Under the pieces are notes generated by a model, which did no database searches, was not told where the DNA came from, and saw only the letters and a program-made list of their open reading frames with translations. The position numbers were made by a program, and so were the translations under genes. Below are positions 38,701-47,362 of a DNA stretch of 64,000 bases, piece by piece; position 1 is the stretch's first letter; every line of letters begins with the position of its first letter. The DNA is from Patescibacteria group bacterium. GTDB taxonomy: Bacteria; Patescibacteriota; Patescibacteriia; PEXW01. The DNA is taken from NCBI GenBank assembly GCA_041671325.1, contig JBAZBR010000002.1, forward strand, positions 9,978-73,977. The letters are read 5' to 3'.

Positions 38701-39666
38701 GCTAAACAAATCAAGCTTGGTTTAAATCGTTTTGGCAATACAGTATGGGAAAATGTCATTTTGCCAGAAAGTAATATACCATCAGGCGGTTGGACCACAT
38801 CTTTGCTGGGAGGCTTAAGTACTTTTGGTAAATGGCAGGACAACCACCCAACCCTAGAATCATTTCAAAATGAAGTTGTGCATATCACTACTGACCTGAC
38901 AATTGACGGCGGATCTGGGGTATGGGCATCAAAAGCAGGCGATTGGACATCGGCTGCGGGCGGAACCCTGACCATATCAGGGGCAACTGGAAACTTTTCA
39001 ACCCCTGCTGACCCGGCAACTGGTAGTAGTCCACCATTACAAAAAGCTCTTTGTTCAACCTGTGCTTTGGTAATTGATCCAAATACAGCTAATGAAGAAT
39101 ATGTTTCTTATACTTCATTTTCAGGTTCAACTTTTAATGGGGTGAGAACTATTAATGGCATCAAAACTCATTCTGGCGCACCAATCGTCAGGTCAGCCTG
39201 GAGATTACCCTATACTTCTGGTGAAGCTAATGCGCAAACAGTTACATTTGTAGTGGACGGAAACTTGAATATTAATTATAATATAATTGGATCAAACCCA
39301 TCGAATCCACAAAAAATTCGTGATCTACCGACCGTTGCTTTTATCGTCAAAGGCAACGTGAATATTGACCCAGCAGTCAATAAAGTGACGGGCGCATTCG
39401 TTGCTTTAGGCCCAGCCAGTCAATTTAACACTGGTAATGACTATGGCTATTGTCCGCAGGGTACTGCGCTTGGCGTTATCTGCAATCCCCTGGAAGTTGT
39501 GGGCTTGGTTATGGCAAAGAGCTTTAGCTTGGAAAGGTATGGAGCTAAAGACTTGTCAAAACCCGGGGAAAAATTTGTTTACGATTCCAGTTTGTTCTTA
39601 AACCCACCGCCTGGCCTTAATGATTTAAGCAAAGCCTTGGCTAACCCAACCCGAACTCAACCTTAA
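35740..39666 (+). CDS. Large secreted surface protein/adhesin candidate
   Basis: Signal peptide, Asp-box SIDNGMTW, three G(W/Y)xWSxxxG(W/L) repeats, C-terminal VVDGNLNI..EKFVYD..PPPG domain; 4 nt before pilM. Confidence 0.75.
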   Translation: MQKSHLLNTKVRAWLIMAVAFFTLSVFLPKALLAALTSPSIVVGGDQYANDSSLGKISQRNWRSENQKSRKIVYVNPNDKTPTLFAGYVNEDSTACANTVDGGVTIKRCRLEFKMSIDNGMTWSQAISSSQTWLDIEVINSAIDPTLTNYSPEFSIILSPNNQDIWVAYKTYSTDINNNISFGQESQIAKLTWDASTSKWKIGTIRKPSVPIAPTVPNINTETNGWCNYYSTYRTSLPTVFVENLSDGTERVWAILQCLSLHGPAPAYHSHEYYPIYNDDFSNSNDWTVAKSGGSPLQIEYDNYPNPPGTYGYAPPKMTFIPLGSNKLPSIISAREQFVAGENPCVKIFTKNNDISADSWTATYKCAVSVVPEKDTKLFDFSIAAYPTSTDQSRFVVAYEGGYDVASGGAISYENKTRIRSCLFTNSGTSGCKAAIISGSNFFTNAYSPSVGFFNSKAFIALRDSGTGNLITSEESADYSTWPPADYTWVDASSHSSSATTQTPSVPVYVYDGKITLNSGLWPIMWLQTNNKKVVFSENIGGTVIGPNLPAYPVLGWGWSSNFGWLSLNCVNRISSDLNVIPNCNPAYGVGVGIASSNVPAGNAFSAPDGYPLGGYAWSSNAGLVSFERKDSVNSTNNPYGNPANLPYNNSANANDPIIKYDTTAQKIHGWGRFLNLCNFDNTSKCKDKEKGWLKMQGYWLKPGVKCAIFHNTNNTVTFSNAFPGGCTDYAKFDIGGGIIVVDGDYYQYTSRVSNKLNGISPNIGLAPDDRVDDMVYAASGTDPDDPPGCTGSACRLNGGPYGVQAFWNGSNYEFSGWGWSDDYGWIAFRPLIFVGYAWMESLFGNIYSGGAISLPKPENKSGTPIMCDYNNDGVAESECVVSTYRIEAGGNISTFNPPGTSYTTKLPTSGYGGNFGPENRLLGNLENFFDSNLLTTGSGNADLYSLNTSESTVVYRNALGKLDLTGLISYSDSNLINYFYETDPSTAKQIKLGLNRFGNTVWENVILPESNIPSGGWTTSLLGGLSTFGKWQDNHPTLESFQNEVVHITTDLTIDGGSGVWASKAGDWTSAAGGTLTISGATGNFSTPADPATGSSPPLQKALCSTCALVIDPNTANEEYVSYTSFSGSTFNGVRTINGIKTHSGAPIVRSAWRLPYTSGEANAQTVTFVVDGNLNINYNIIGSNPSNPQKIRDLPTVAFIVKGNVNIDPAVNKVTGAFVALGPASQFNTGNDYGYCPQGTALGVICNPLEVVGLVMAKSFSLERYGAKDLSKPGEKFVYDSSLFLNPPPGLNDLSKALANPTRTQP

Positions 39667-39670
39667 AAAT

Positions 39671-40801
39671 ATGCCGATTTTTTCTTCAAAACAAAGCTAT
39701 TTAGGCATTGATATTGGCGGTTCAGCCATTAAGCTGGTTGAAATTAAACCGATTGCCAACCGGCCGACTTTGGTTACCTATGGTTTTGCGGAAAAACGCA
39801 GTGACTTGCTTAAAAGCACCTTAGGCGAAGAAATGAAAGCCATAATCGCGGCCATAAAACAGGTGGTTGAAGCCAGTCGTGCCAGTTCCAGGCTAGTAGT
39901 CAGCGCTTTGCCCAGTTTTACGGTTTTCAGCTCAATAATTTCCCTGCCGCAGATGTCAAAAAAAGAATTAATGTCAGCCGTAAAATGGGAAGCGAAAAAA
40001 TTTGTGCCCATGCCGGTTGAAGAAATGATTTTGGACTGGGAAGTCTTGAAAGATGATACCTTGGCGGCCAAGGTGGCAGGCGTGAACGCGCAAGGTACGG
40101 TAACCAAGGACGCAAACCTGCCTTCGCCGGAAGTGGCCGGCAAAAACAGCGCCAAAGACCTGAAGGTTTTACTGACTGCCGCGCCAAAAAATTTGGTCCA
40201 AAAATACATGGAGATTTTCAAAGCCGCTGATTTGCAACTGGTGGCTTTGGAAACTGAAGCTTTTTCTTTGGAAAGGTCGTTAATCGGCCATGACAAGGCG
40301 CCCATCATGATTGTGGATATTGGCGCGGTGGCTTCCAATATCGTAGTCTTCAGCGAAGGCATTCCCATGCTGACCCGCTCCATCGATGTCGGCGGCGATA
40401 CTATTACAAAAACCATAGCCAGCACCCTAAGGGTCAGCCCAGATCGGGCCGAACAGTTTAAGCGGGATTTTTTCATTGCCACCCAAGGCATGACTGACAG
40501 CAATATCCCCAAGGCCATTGAGTTTGTGGTTAATTCCATAACCAACGAGATTAAATACGTCCTGAATCTTTACCAGAACCAGGGCACTGGCCGGAATATT
40601 GAAAAAATTATTCTTTCCGGCGGCTCGGCTTTCCTGACCAATTTGCCCGAATACTTCACGAAAATTTTAAATATCCAAACTTATATTGGCGATCCCTGGG
40701 CCAGGGTTTCTTACCCGGTGGAATTAAAGCCGGTTTGGGATGAAATTGGGCCCAGATTTGCGGTTGCCGTAGGCTTGGCCTTAAGGCAATTAGGAAGTTA
40801 A
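39671..40801 (+). CDS. pilM: Type IV pilus assembly protein PilM
   Basis: LGIDIGGSAIKLVE, VDIGA, ILSGGSA, FAVAVGLALR. Confidence 0.93.
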   Translation: MPIFSSKQSYLGIDIGGSAIKLVEIKPIANRPTLVTYGFAEKRSDLLKSTLGEEMKAIIAAIKQVVEASRASSRLVVSALPSFTVFSSIISLPQMSKKELMSAVKWEAKKFVPMPVEEMILDWEVLKDDTLAAKVAGVNAQGTVTKDANLPSPEVAGKNSAKDLKVLLTAAPKNLVQKYMEIFKAADLQLVALETEAFSLERSLIGHDKAPIMIVDIGAVASNIVVFSEGIPMLTRSIDVGGDTITKTIASTLRVSPDRAEQFKRDFFIATQGMTDSNIPKAIEFVVNSITNEIKYVLNLYQNQGTGRNIEKIILSGGSAFLTNLPEYFTKILNIQTYIGDPWARVSYPVELKPVWDEIGPRFAVAVGLALRQLGS

Positions 40802-40804
40802 CTT

Positions 40805-42148
40805 ATGGAGTCAGAAATAAATTTGCTTCCAGAAAAGGATAAACAATTAAAACGAGAAGCCAAGCCGAAAGCTCCGGAAATTGAAATGACTCAGCCAAAG
40901 GATAGGGTTTTTTCTGAACATGTTGTCCCGGCGAGCGGCTTAGTTGAGTTTTTTAAGAATTTGTTTGGCAAGAAAGACCAATTAATCATCAAAAAAGGGC
41001 ATGAAAAGCTAGAACCGCCCGAGCCAAAGAAGTCGGTGTTAACGCCAGCCGCGCCAATTGGGCCAGTGACCAGAATAGAAGCTATGGCTAGCCGGGTGAC
41101 TATGCCCCCGCCTCCGCCAGTGCCAGTTCAGTTGAAACCGCAAAGCCAAAACCAGGCAAAATCCACGGCAACTTCTGCTAAGCCAGGTTTTTTCCATAAA
41201 TTTTTGAATAAAATTGAGGGCATACCAGAAAAACCAGCGCCAAAACCAAGCAAAAATATTGAAGATAAGAATATCCTTCCGTCCAGGCCAACTCAACCTC
41301 CTCCTCAACAGCCAGAATATCGGCCAGAAACCCCCTTACCCGCCAGAAAACCAGTTTGGACCCCGCCTCCGCCTCCTGCTGTTATGGTTAATGCACCCGA
41401 ATCCCAAGCCAGTACGCTAAACAAATTGCCGCCAGTGCCGCTCCCGCCCAGAAAACCAGTTACGGATTCCGGCGAAGCGGTTAGGGAAGTAACCAAGGGC
41501 AAACAGCGGCCAGAACCTAGCCCAGTTATGGGCTTGGGTCTGAATGTCAACTTAGTGCCTGAAGAGTACCAAACTAAAACCGGACCGAAGTTAAAAGTTT
41601 ATTTTGCATTAACAATATTAATCCCGATATTAATAATTGCGGGAATGTCTTTTGGCTTGTGGATATATACTAAGAACGTTCAAAATAAAATTTCAAAAAT
41701 AAATGACGAATTGCAATTGGTAAAAACCCAAATTGAATCCATTACCACCGGGACTTTGACGTATGCGCAGGCCTTGCAGCAAAAAACCAGCAGCCTGAAC
41801 ACGGTTTTAAACCAGCATGTTTATTGGGACAAGTTTTTTATGTATTTGGAAAAATACACCCTACCGTCGGTAAGCTACCAGAATATGTCGGTGGATATTA
41901 CCGGAGGTGTGAGCTTATCCGCCACCACAAAAACTTTTGATGATGTTGGCCGGGAATTATTGATCCTAAAACAGGCTGCGGATTTTGTGAATGAAGTTAC
42001 CATCACTTCAGCCGTTAAAGCTAGTATTGCAAATCCTTTAGCCGCCAATCCGCCTGACCAGAAAGTAGAACAAAAAACCGAGGAAGTGGTTAATTTTTCC
42101 ATTGCTTTGAAAGTTAAGCCGGAAATTTTCTTTAAAAGATCTAAGTAG
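40805..42148 (+). CDS. pilN: PilN-like protein with long Pro-rich N-terminal extension
   Basis: EINLLP and NVNLVP PilM-binding-like motifs, TM, coiled coil; lies after pilM. Confidence 0.7.
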   Translation: MESEINLLPEKDKQLKREAKPKAPEIEMTQPKDRVFSEHVVPASGLVEFFKNLFGKKDQLIIKKGHEKLEPPEPKKSVLTPAAPIGPVTRIEAMASRVTMPPPPPVPVQLKPQSQNQAKSTATSAKPGFFHKFLNKIEGIPEKPAPKPSKNIEDKNILPSRPTQPPPQQPEYRPETPLPARKPVWTPPPPPAVMVNAPESQASTLNKLPPVPLPPRKPVTDSGEAVREVTKGKQRPEPSPVMGLGLNVNLVPEEYQTKTGPKLKVYFALTILIPILIIAGMSFGLWIYTKNVQNKISKINDELQLVKTQIESITTGTLTYAQALQQKTSSLNTVLNQHVYWDKFFMYLEKYTLPSVSYQNMSVDITGGVSLSATTKTFDDVGRELLILKQAADFVNEVTITSAVKASIANPLAANPPDQKVEQKTEEVVNFSIALKVKPEIFFKRSK

Positions 42149-42156
42149 AAAATTCA

Positions 42157-42759
42157 ATGCGTATTAGTCTTAAAAAAATAACCAGCTTCATTGCCGAACA
42201 CTTGTCAATAATCGGCAAGATAGTTGCTTTTATTATCCTGATAATCGGCATATTATTTTTAGTCGTACCCCAGTATCAGAAGGCCAGGGGATTAGCCGGT
42301 GTAGATTACACCTATAAAAAAACCCAACTCGAAAACGAAACACAATATAGAGACAGCTTGTTTGAGTTGAGAAATAGCTTAAACAAAATCCCCCAAGAGG
42401 ACATTGACCGAATTTCCTTGATAATTCCTAAAGGCAAGGATATCCCGGGCATATTCAAGCAGATGGAGGGATTTGCTAAATCAGTGGGCATGACCCTGCA
42501 ATCAGTTTCGATTTCTGATGGTGGGCTAGCAACCGGTTCAACCGCAAGCGCAGCGGCAGGAAATGCCAGCCAAGTTAAAACTCTTTCAATTTCCGTGGTT
42601 TTGGGCGGTTCAATGAATTATAGCCGAATGAAAGATTTCTTGAACACTTTAGCCAAACAGGCTCCGATATTGGATCTAACCAGCATTTCATATTCTCCTG
42701 CCACCAGCGCGGTACCCACTACGTATAGCTTTTCCTTTCGTTCGTATTATTTTCAATAA
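42157..42759 (+). CDS. pilO: PilO-like protein
   Basis: TM, coiled coil, IP..DIP, V.GSMNY..MKDFL; lies after pilN. Confidence 0.7.
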   Translation: MRISLKKITSFIAEHLSIIGKIVAFIILIIGILFLVVPQYQKARGLAGVDYTYKKTQLENETQYRDSLFELRNSLNKIPQEDIDRISLIIPKGKDIPGIFKQMEGFAKSVGMTLQSVSISDGGLATGSTASAAAGNASQVKTLSISVVLGGSMNYSRMKDFLNTLAKQAPILDLTSISYSPATSAVPTTYSFSFRSYYFQ

Positions 42760-42764
42760 ATATT

Positions 42765-43910
42765 ATGCTTGTCCAAAAGCAAGCCACAAAAAATTTACGT
42801 AATTACTTATTAATCGGCGGGATTATCCTAGTCTTATTGCTGGGGTATTTAGTTTATCAAAAAATGTCCAATTCTAACCAGGATTTGTCAGGAGATTCAG
42901 GGGGTGCAAAAAGACAAGCCTTGCCAAAAGATTTTGGCCAGAAGCTTTTTAAAGATCCAAGATTTTATGACCTAAAGCCAATTGCTGGGACTGAATTGGT
43001 CCAACAGGCAATGGTAACAACCCTTTCAACATTATTGCCCGCGCCAGAGAATTTTCAGGCATTTGACATGCAAAGCGGCGGTCGAATTATTTTTTCCTGG
43101 GTAAGGCCAGCTCTGGCCGAAGAAGCCACCAGTTTTAGGATTGTTAAAGGCCAAGAGAATTCTGCAAAAAATATTATTTCTTTAAAACCCGAAGAGACAA
43201 GCTTTGAATATTCATCGGCCACCAACAACGCAAAAGAAAGTTATTTCGGATACTATGTCAAGGAAGAAATACTCAGCCAAAGCCCCCAAATCTTGAGTCA
43301 GGACGGCCAAATTGGCGGAAGCATTAGGATTGCCATGTATCAGAATAGTGCAACATTAAGCTGGGCCAATCCTGATAATTCTGGGCTTAAGGCCATAGAA
43401 ATATTTCGTTCAGACAAAATCGGGTCTTTGGGAAGATTATTGGTAAATTTGGAAAATAATATTACGGAATATGAGGACAGTGATTCCGGCCCAGGACTGT
43501 ACTATTATACGGTTATTTGGGTTGGGAATGTCACTTTGGGCGAGAAGAGTCCAGCGGTAATTCAAGCAACGGACTCAAGCGCGCCAAGCGCTCCCCAAGC
43601 ACTTTCGGTAAAGTATATTCCTGAATCAAATAATATCGAATTAAGCTGGCAACCTTCTGCCTCAAGCGATGTCATAAGCTATGAAATTTATAAGTCAGAA
43701 ATACAAAATACTTTAGGTATAAATATCAGCACTATTGAAGTCCCAACAAATCAAGATGTTTCAAAAAATTCCCTTAATTATCTGGATGAATCCGTCCAGC
43801 CGAATAAGAAATTTTATTACAGCGTGGTGGCAGTAGACAGTTCTGGAAACAAATCTACCCAACAAACCCTTGGCGTTCCGGGAAATTCTAATCCTTTTGG
43901 CGAACAATGA
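42765..43910 (+). CDS. Membrane-anchored fibronectin type III domain protein
   Basis: PSAPQAL..LSWQPS..SYEIYK..YYSVVAVDSSGNKS. Confidence 0.8.
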   Translation: MLVQKQATKNLRNYLLIGGIILVLLLGYLVYQKMSNSNQDLSGDSGGAKRQALPKDFGQKLFKDPRFYDLKPIAGTELVQQAMVTTLSTLLPAPENFQAFDMQSGGRIIFSWVRPALAEEATSFRIVKGQENSAKNIISLKPEETSFEYSSATNNAKESYFGYYVKEEILSQSPQILSQDGQIGGSIRIAMYQNSATLSWANPDNSGLKAIEIFRSDKIGSLGRLLVNLENNITEYEDSDSGPGLYYYTVIWVGNVTLGEKSPAVIQATDSSAPSAPQALSVKYIPESNNIELSWQPSASSDVISYEIYKSEIQNTLGINISTIEVPTNQDVSKNSLNYLDESVQPNKKFYYSVVAVDSSGNKSTQQTLGVPGNSNPFGEQ

Positions 43911-45670
43911 GCTTAAGCCCAAATCAAATAAATATTCGGGATATTGGCTCGGTGCTTTTGGCAAAAGGCCTGATTAACAAAGAGCAATATGCCCAAGCGG
44001 AAAAACAAGCCCGCCAAAAACGCGTGCCGGTTAATGTTATTTTGGAAGAGAAAGGCTTGGTTAAAGACGAAGACCTGGCAAGGGTCCGGGCTGAAGTTTT
44101 CCAGATTCCCTACGTGGACCTTCATGGCCGGGTAATTTCTACAGAGCTTTTGAATATTGTCCCGAGGGAAATTGCCAGAAATTACCAAATGGTGGCGTTT
44201 GCCAAAGAAGGCCGCAAAATAAGCGTGGCTTTGCTTGACCCCGCTAATTTTCGGGCTTTAGAAGCCATAGAATTCATTGCTCGGAATAGTAATTTCATAA
44301 TTGATTATTACGTCTCGTCTTTTGCCTCAATTGGCAGCATTTTAAAGCAATATGCCAGCTTATCCGCCGAAGTTGAAGAAGCTTTAGCGGCGTCCGGGCC
44401 CAGGGAAAAGCCAAAAATCAGCGCCCTTGATGAAATTGCCTTGGCCGACAAGGGCATTGAAGAAGTCATCAAGACTGCCCCGGTTTCCAAAATGGTGGCA
44501 GTTATCTTGAGGCACGCCATTGAAGGCGGCGCTTCGGATATCCATATTGAACCCAGCGCTGAAGGTTCACGGGTAAGGTACAGGGTAGACGGCATTTTGC
44601 ATACCTCAATCAAATTACCGCCATACGTGCATGCCTCAATTGTTGCCAGGATTAAGGTTATTTCCAATTTGAAGCTGGATGAAACCAGGCTGCCGCAGGA
44701 CGGCCGTTTCCATACCGAAGTTGACGGTAAATCCATTGACTTGCGTGTTTCAACGCTGCCCCTGATGAATAACGAAAAGGTGGTAATGAGAATTTTGGAT
44801 TCCTCTTCCCAGCATTTGAACCTGGATGACCTGGGCTTTATCGCCCGGGAAAAGGAAGTTTTGATAAAATGCCTGGAATCAACCCAGGGCATGGTTTTAA
44901 GCACTGGCCCAACCGGTTCAGGCAAATCCACTACCTTATATACCTTGCTAGGCATGATCAATACCGAAGATATTAATATCGTCACTTTGGAAGACCCGGT
45001 TGAATACCATATGGAAGGCGTGAATCAATCGCAAATCAATCCTGAGGTTGGCCTGACTTTTGCCAATGGCTTAAGGTCCATCTTGCGGCAAGACCCGGAT
45101 GTGGTCATGGTTGGCGAAATCCGCGATACCGAAACCGCGGAATTGGCTGTCAACGCCGCCTTGACTGGACACTTAGTTTTTTCCACTTTGCACACCAATG
45201 ACGCGTTTGGCGCCATCCCGCGCTTGATTGACATGAAAGTTGAACCATTCTTGATTTCTTCCTCTTTATCGACTATCGTTGCCCAGCGTTTGGTCAGAAG
45301 AATCTGTGAACACTGCAAGGTAATAGAGGAGGTTCCGGAAGCAACCAGGCAGGAAGTTTTGGAAACCCTTAAAAAGGCCGCAAAATCTGCTTTTCCAAAA
45401 GACTTTTCATTGGATAAACCTTTAGTTTTCCATAGGGGCAAGGGTTGCATTCGCTGCGGTAATAGCGGGTACAAAGGCCGCATGGTCGTGGCTGAAGTTT
45501 TGGAAGTAACCGAAGAGCTTCAAATAATAATTAACAGTGGCTCCAAACTGCAGGATATAAAAGCCGAAGCAAAAAGACAGGGTGTCTTGACCATGAAAGA
45601 AGACGGTTTTGTAAAAGCTTGCGTAGGCTATACCTCTATTGAAGAGGTTTTGCGGGCCACGCAAGAATAA
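43907..45670 (+). CDS. pilB: Type IV pilus assembly ATPase PilB/GspE
   Basis: ASDIHIEP, GPTGSGKSTT, EDPVE, LRQDPD..GEIRD, STLHTN, C4 zinc motif. Confidence 0.95.
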   Translation: MSLSPNQINIRDIGSVLLAKGLINKEQYAQAEKQARQKRVPVNVILEEKGLVKDEDLARVRAEVFQIPYVDLHGRVISTELLNIVPREIARNYQMVAFAKEGRKISVALLDPANFRALEAIEFIARNSNFIIDYYVSSFASIGSILKQYASLSAEVEEALAASGPREKPKISALDEIALADKGIEEVIKTAPVSKMVAVILRHAIEGGASDIHIEPSAEGSRVRYRVDGILHTSIKLPPYVHASIVARIKVISNLKLDETRLPQDGRFHTEVDGKSIDLRVSTLPLMNNEKVVMRILDSSSQHLNLDDLGFIAREKEVLIKCLESTQGMVLSTGPTGSGKSTTLYTLLGMINTEDINIVTLEDPVEYHMEGVNQSQINPEVGLTFANGLRSILRQDPDVVMVGEIRDTETAELAVNAALTGHLVFSTLHTNDAFGAIPRLIDMKVEPFLISSSLSTIVAQRLVRRICEHCKVIEEVPEATRQEVLETLKKAAKSAFPKDFSLDKPLVFHRGKGCIRCGNSGYKGRMVVAEVLEVTEELQIIINSGSKLQDIKAEAKRQGVLTMKEDGFVKACVGYTSIEEVLRATQE

Positions 45671-45706
45671 CCATTGATCTCATTAAATCTCCATAATCAG
45701 TAATTT

Positions 45707-46153
45707 ATGCCAAACCAAATGACGAAAAAAAGCGATAGCCGCAAGAATCACGCTGAAAATGCCAAGAAACCCGCCCACGAATTGGGCAAGAAAACCATAC
45801 TTCTGGTGGAGGATGACACGTTTTTAGCTGGAATGTATGTGACTAAACTGGAACTGGAAGGCTTCCGGGTTTTGCTGGCCAGTGATGGCGAACAGGCCGT
45901 GGTTTTAGCCAAAAAAGAAATTCCAAATATCATGCTTTTGGACATTATTTTGCCCAAGAAAAGCGGTTTTGAAGTATTGCAAGAGATAAAAGCCAGTGCT
46001 TCAACCAAGAATATTCCGGTTATACTCCTAACCAACCTCGGCCAGAAAGAAGATGTCCAAAAAGGCTTAAAATTAGGGGCAGTTGATTATTTAATCAAGG
46101 CGCATTTCATGCCTTCCGAAGTCGTGGCCAAAGTTAAGAGATTAGTGAAGTGA
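45707..46153 (+). CDS. Single-domain response regulator
   Basis: LLVEDD, LLDIILP, LTN, IKA; no output domain. Confidence 0.9.
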   Translation: MPNQMTKKSDSRKNHAENAKKPAHELGKKTILLVEDDTFLAGMYVTKLELEGFRVLLASDGEQAVVLAKKEIPNIMLLDIILPKKSGFEVLQEIKASASTKNIPVILLTNLGQKEDVQKGLKLGAVDYLIKAHFMPSEVVAKVKRLVK

Positions 46154-46166
46154 TGAATTTAAAAAC

Positions 46167-46273
46167 GTCTTTGCGGGGAAGTGCCCATGTCACTGACGAC
46201 GCAATCCCATTAAATAAAAGACCAAGTAAGTTAAACAGTGGGATTGCCACGTCGCTCCGCTCCTCGCAATGAC
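46167..46273. repeat. GTC(A/T)TTGCG..CGCAATGAC palindromic element
   Basis: Outer IR GTCTTTGCGGGGA/TCCTCGCAATGAC; inner IR GCAATCCCA/TGGGATTGC; halves recur at 52920-53037. Confidence 0.75.
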
Positions 46274-46285
46274 ATATAATAAACG

Positions 46286-47359
46286 ATGCTTACCTCTGAA
46301 CAACAATCTATTACTAGAATTTTAACTCAAGCCATTCAATACCGGGCTTCAGATGTTCATTTGGTTCCAGGCAATCCGCCAGTTTTAAGGGTGGACGGCA
46401 AATTAATGCAGTTGGATCAGGAAATGATAATCAGCGCGGACCTGCTAAAAAGTTATATTGAATCAATCTTGAATCCTGAACAATTAAAGATCCTGGAGCA
46501 AGACAGGGACTTGCGTACGACCATAGCTTTAGAAGGCAAACTCCGTTTCAGGCTTATTGCTATTTACCAAAAAGGCGGTTTGTCTTTGGATATGCGCTAT
46601 ATCCCAGAAGTTATTCCAACTATTGCCGAACTGGGCTTGCCTAAGGAAGTAGAGAATTTTGCCCAAGCTCCGCATGGCTTGATTTTAGTTTCCGGACCCT
46701 TTGGCTCCGGCCGAACCACAACCTTGGCGGCCATGCTTAATTTAATAAACCAAGAAAGGGTTTGCCACATCATCACCATTGAGAAGCCAATTGAGTATTT
46801 ATTGGCCGGACAAAAAAGCATTATTGAACAAAGAGAGGTTGGCGTTGACGTCAAGAATATTGAACATGCTTTAAGCCTGATTGAATCTGAAGATGTGGAC
46901 GTGGTAGCGGTTTCCGAATTAGAAAACGATTCAGATATTCAGGCCTGCGTGAAGATTTTGCACAGCGGCCGGCTGATTCTGGCCACCCTAACTGCTGATT
47001 CCTCAACCCAGGCTTTAGAAAGGCTGGTAAACGCTTTTCCAGCGGAGAGTCAGTCGACGGTCAGTAAAAATATTTCCGACGCCATTCAAGGCATTATCAA
47101 TTTACGGCTAGTCCCCAGGATTGGCGGCGGCCGGGTTTTAGTTTCGGAAATTTTTTCGCCGACCAGCGCTTCCCGGGCGGTAATTAGGGACAGGCAATTC
47201 ATGCAATTGGCCAACACCATTCAAACCTCAAGGGTGGAAGGCATGATTTCCTTGGACCGTTCCTTGGCTGAGATGGTCAGGGTTGGCGATGTGAAAATTG
47301 AAGACGCGGAAGCCGTTTCAATTGATCCCCAAAACTTAAGACAAATGATAAACCGATAA
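46286..47359 (+). CDS. pilT: PilT/PilU family retraction ATPase, degenerate motifs
   Basis: ASDVHL..P..RVDG, HIITIEKPIEY, EQREVG; Walker A GPFGSGRTT. Confidence 0.8.
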   Translation: MLTSEQQSITRILTQAIQYRASDVHLVPGNPPVLRVDGKLMQLDQEMIISADLLKSYIESILNPEQLKILEQDRDLRTTIALEGKLRFRLIAIYQKGGLSLDMRYIPEVIPTIAELGLPKEVENFAQAPHGLILVSGPFGSGRTTTLAAMLNLINQERVCHIITIEKPIEYLLAGQKSIIEQREVGVDVKNIEHALSLIESEDVDVVAVSELENDSDIQACVKILHSGRLILATLTADSSTQALERLVNAFPAESQSTVSKNISDAIQGIINLRLVPRIGGGRVLVSEIFSPTSASRAVIRDRQFMQLANTIQTSRVEGMISLDRSLAEMVRVGDVKIEDAEAVSIDPQNLRQMINR

Positions 47360-47362
47360 TTT

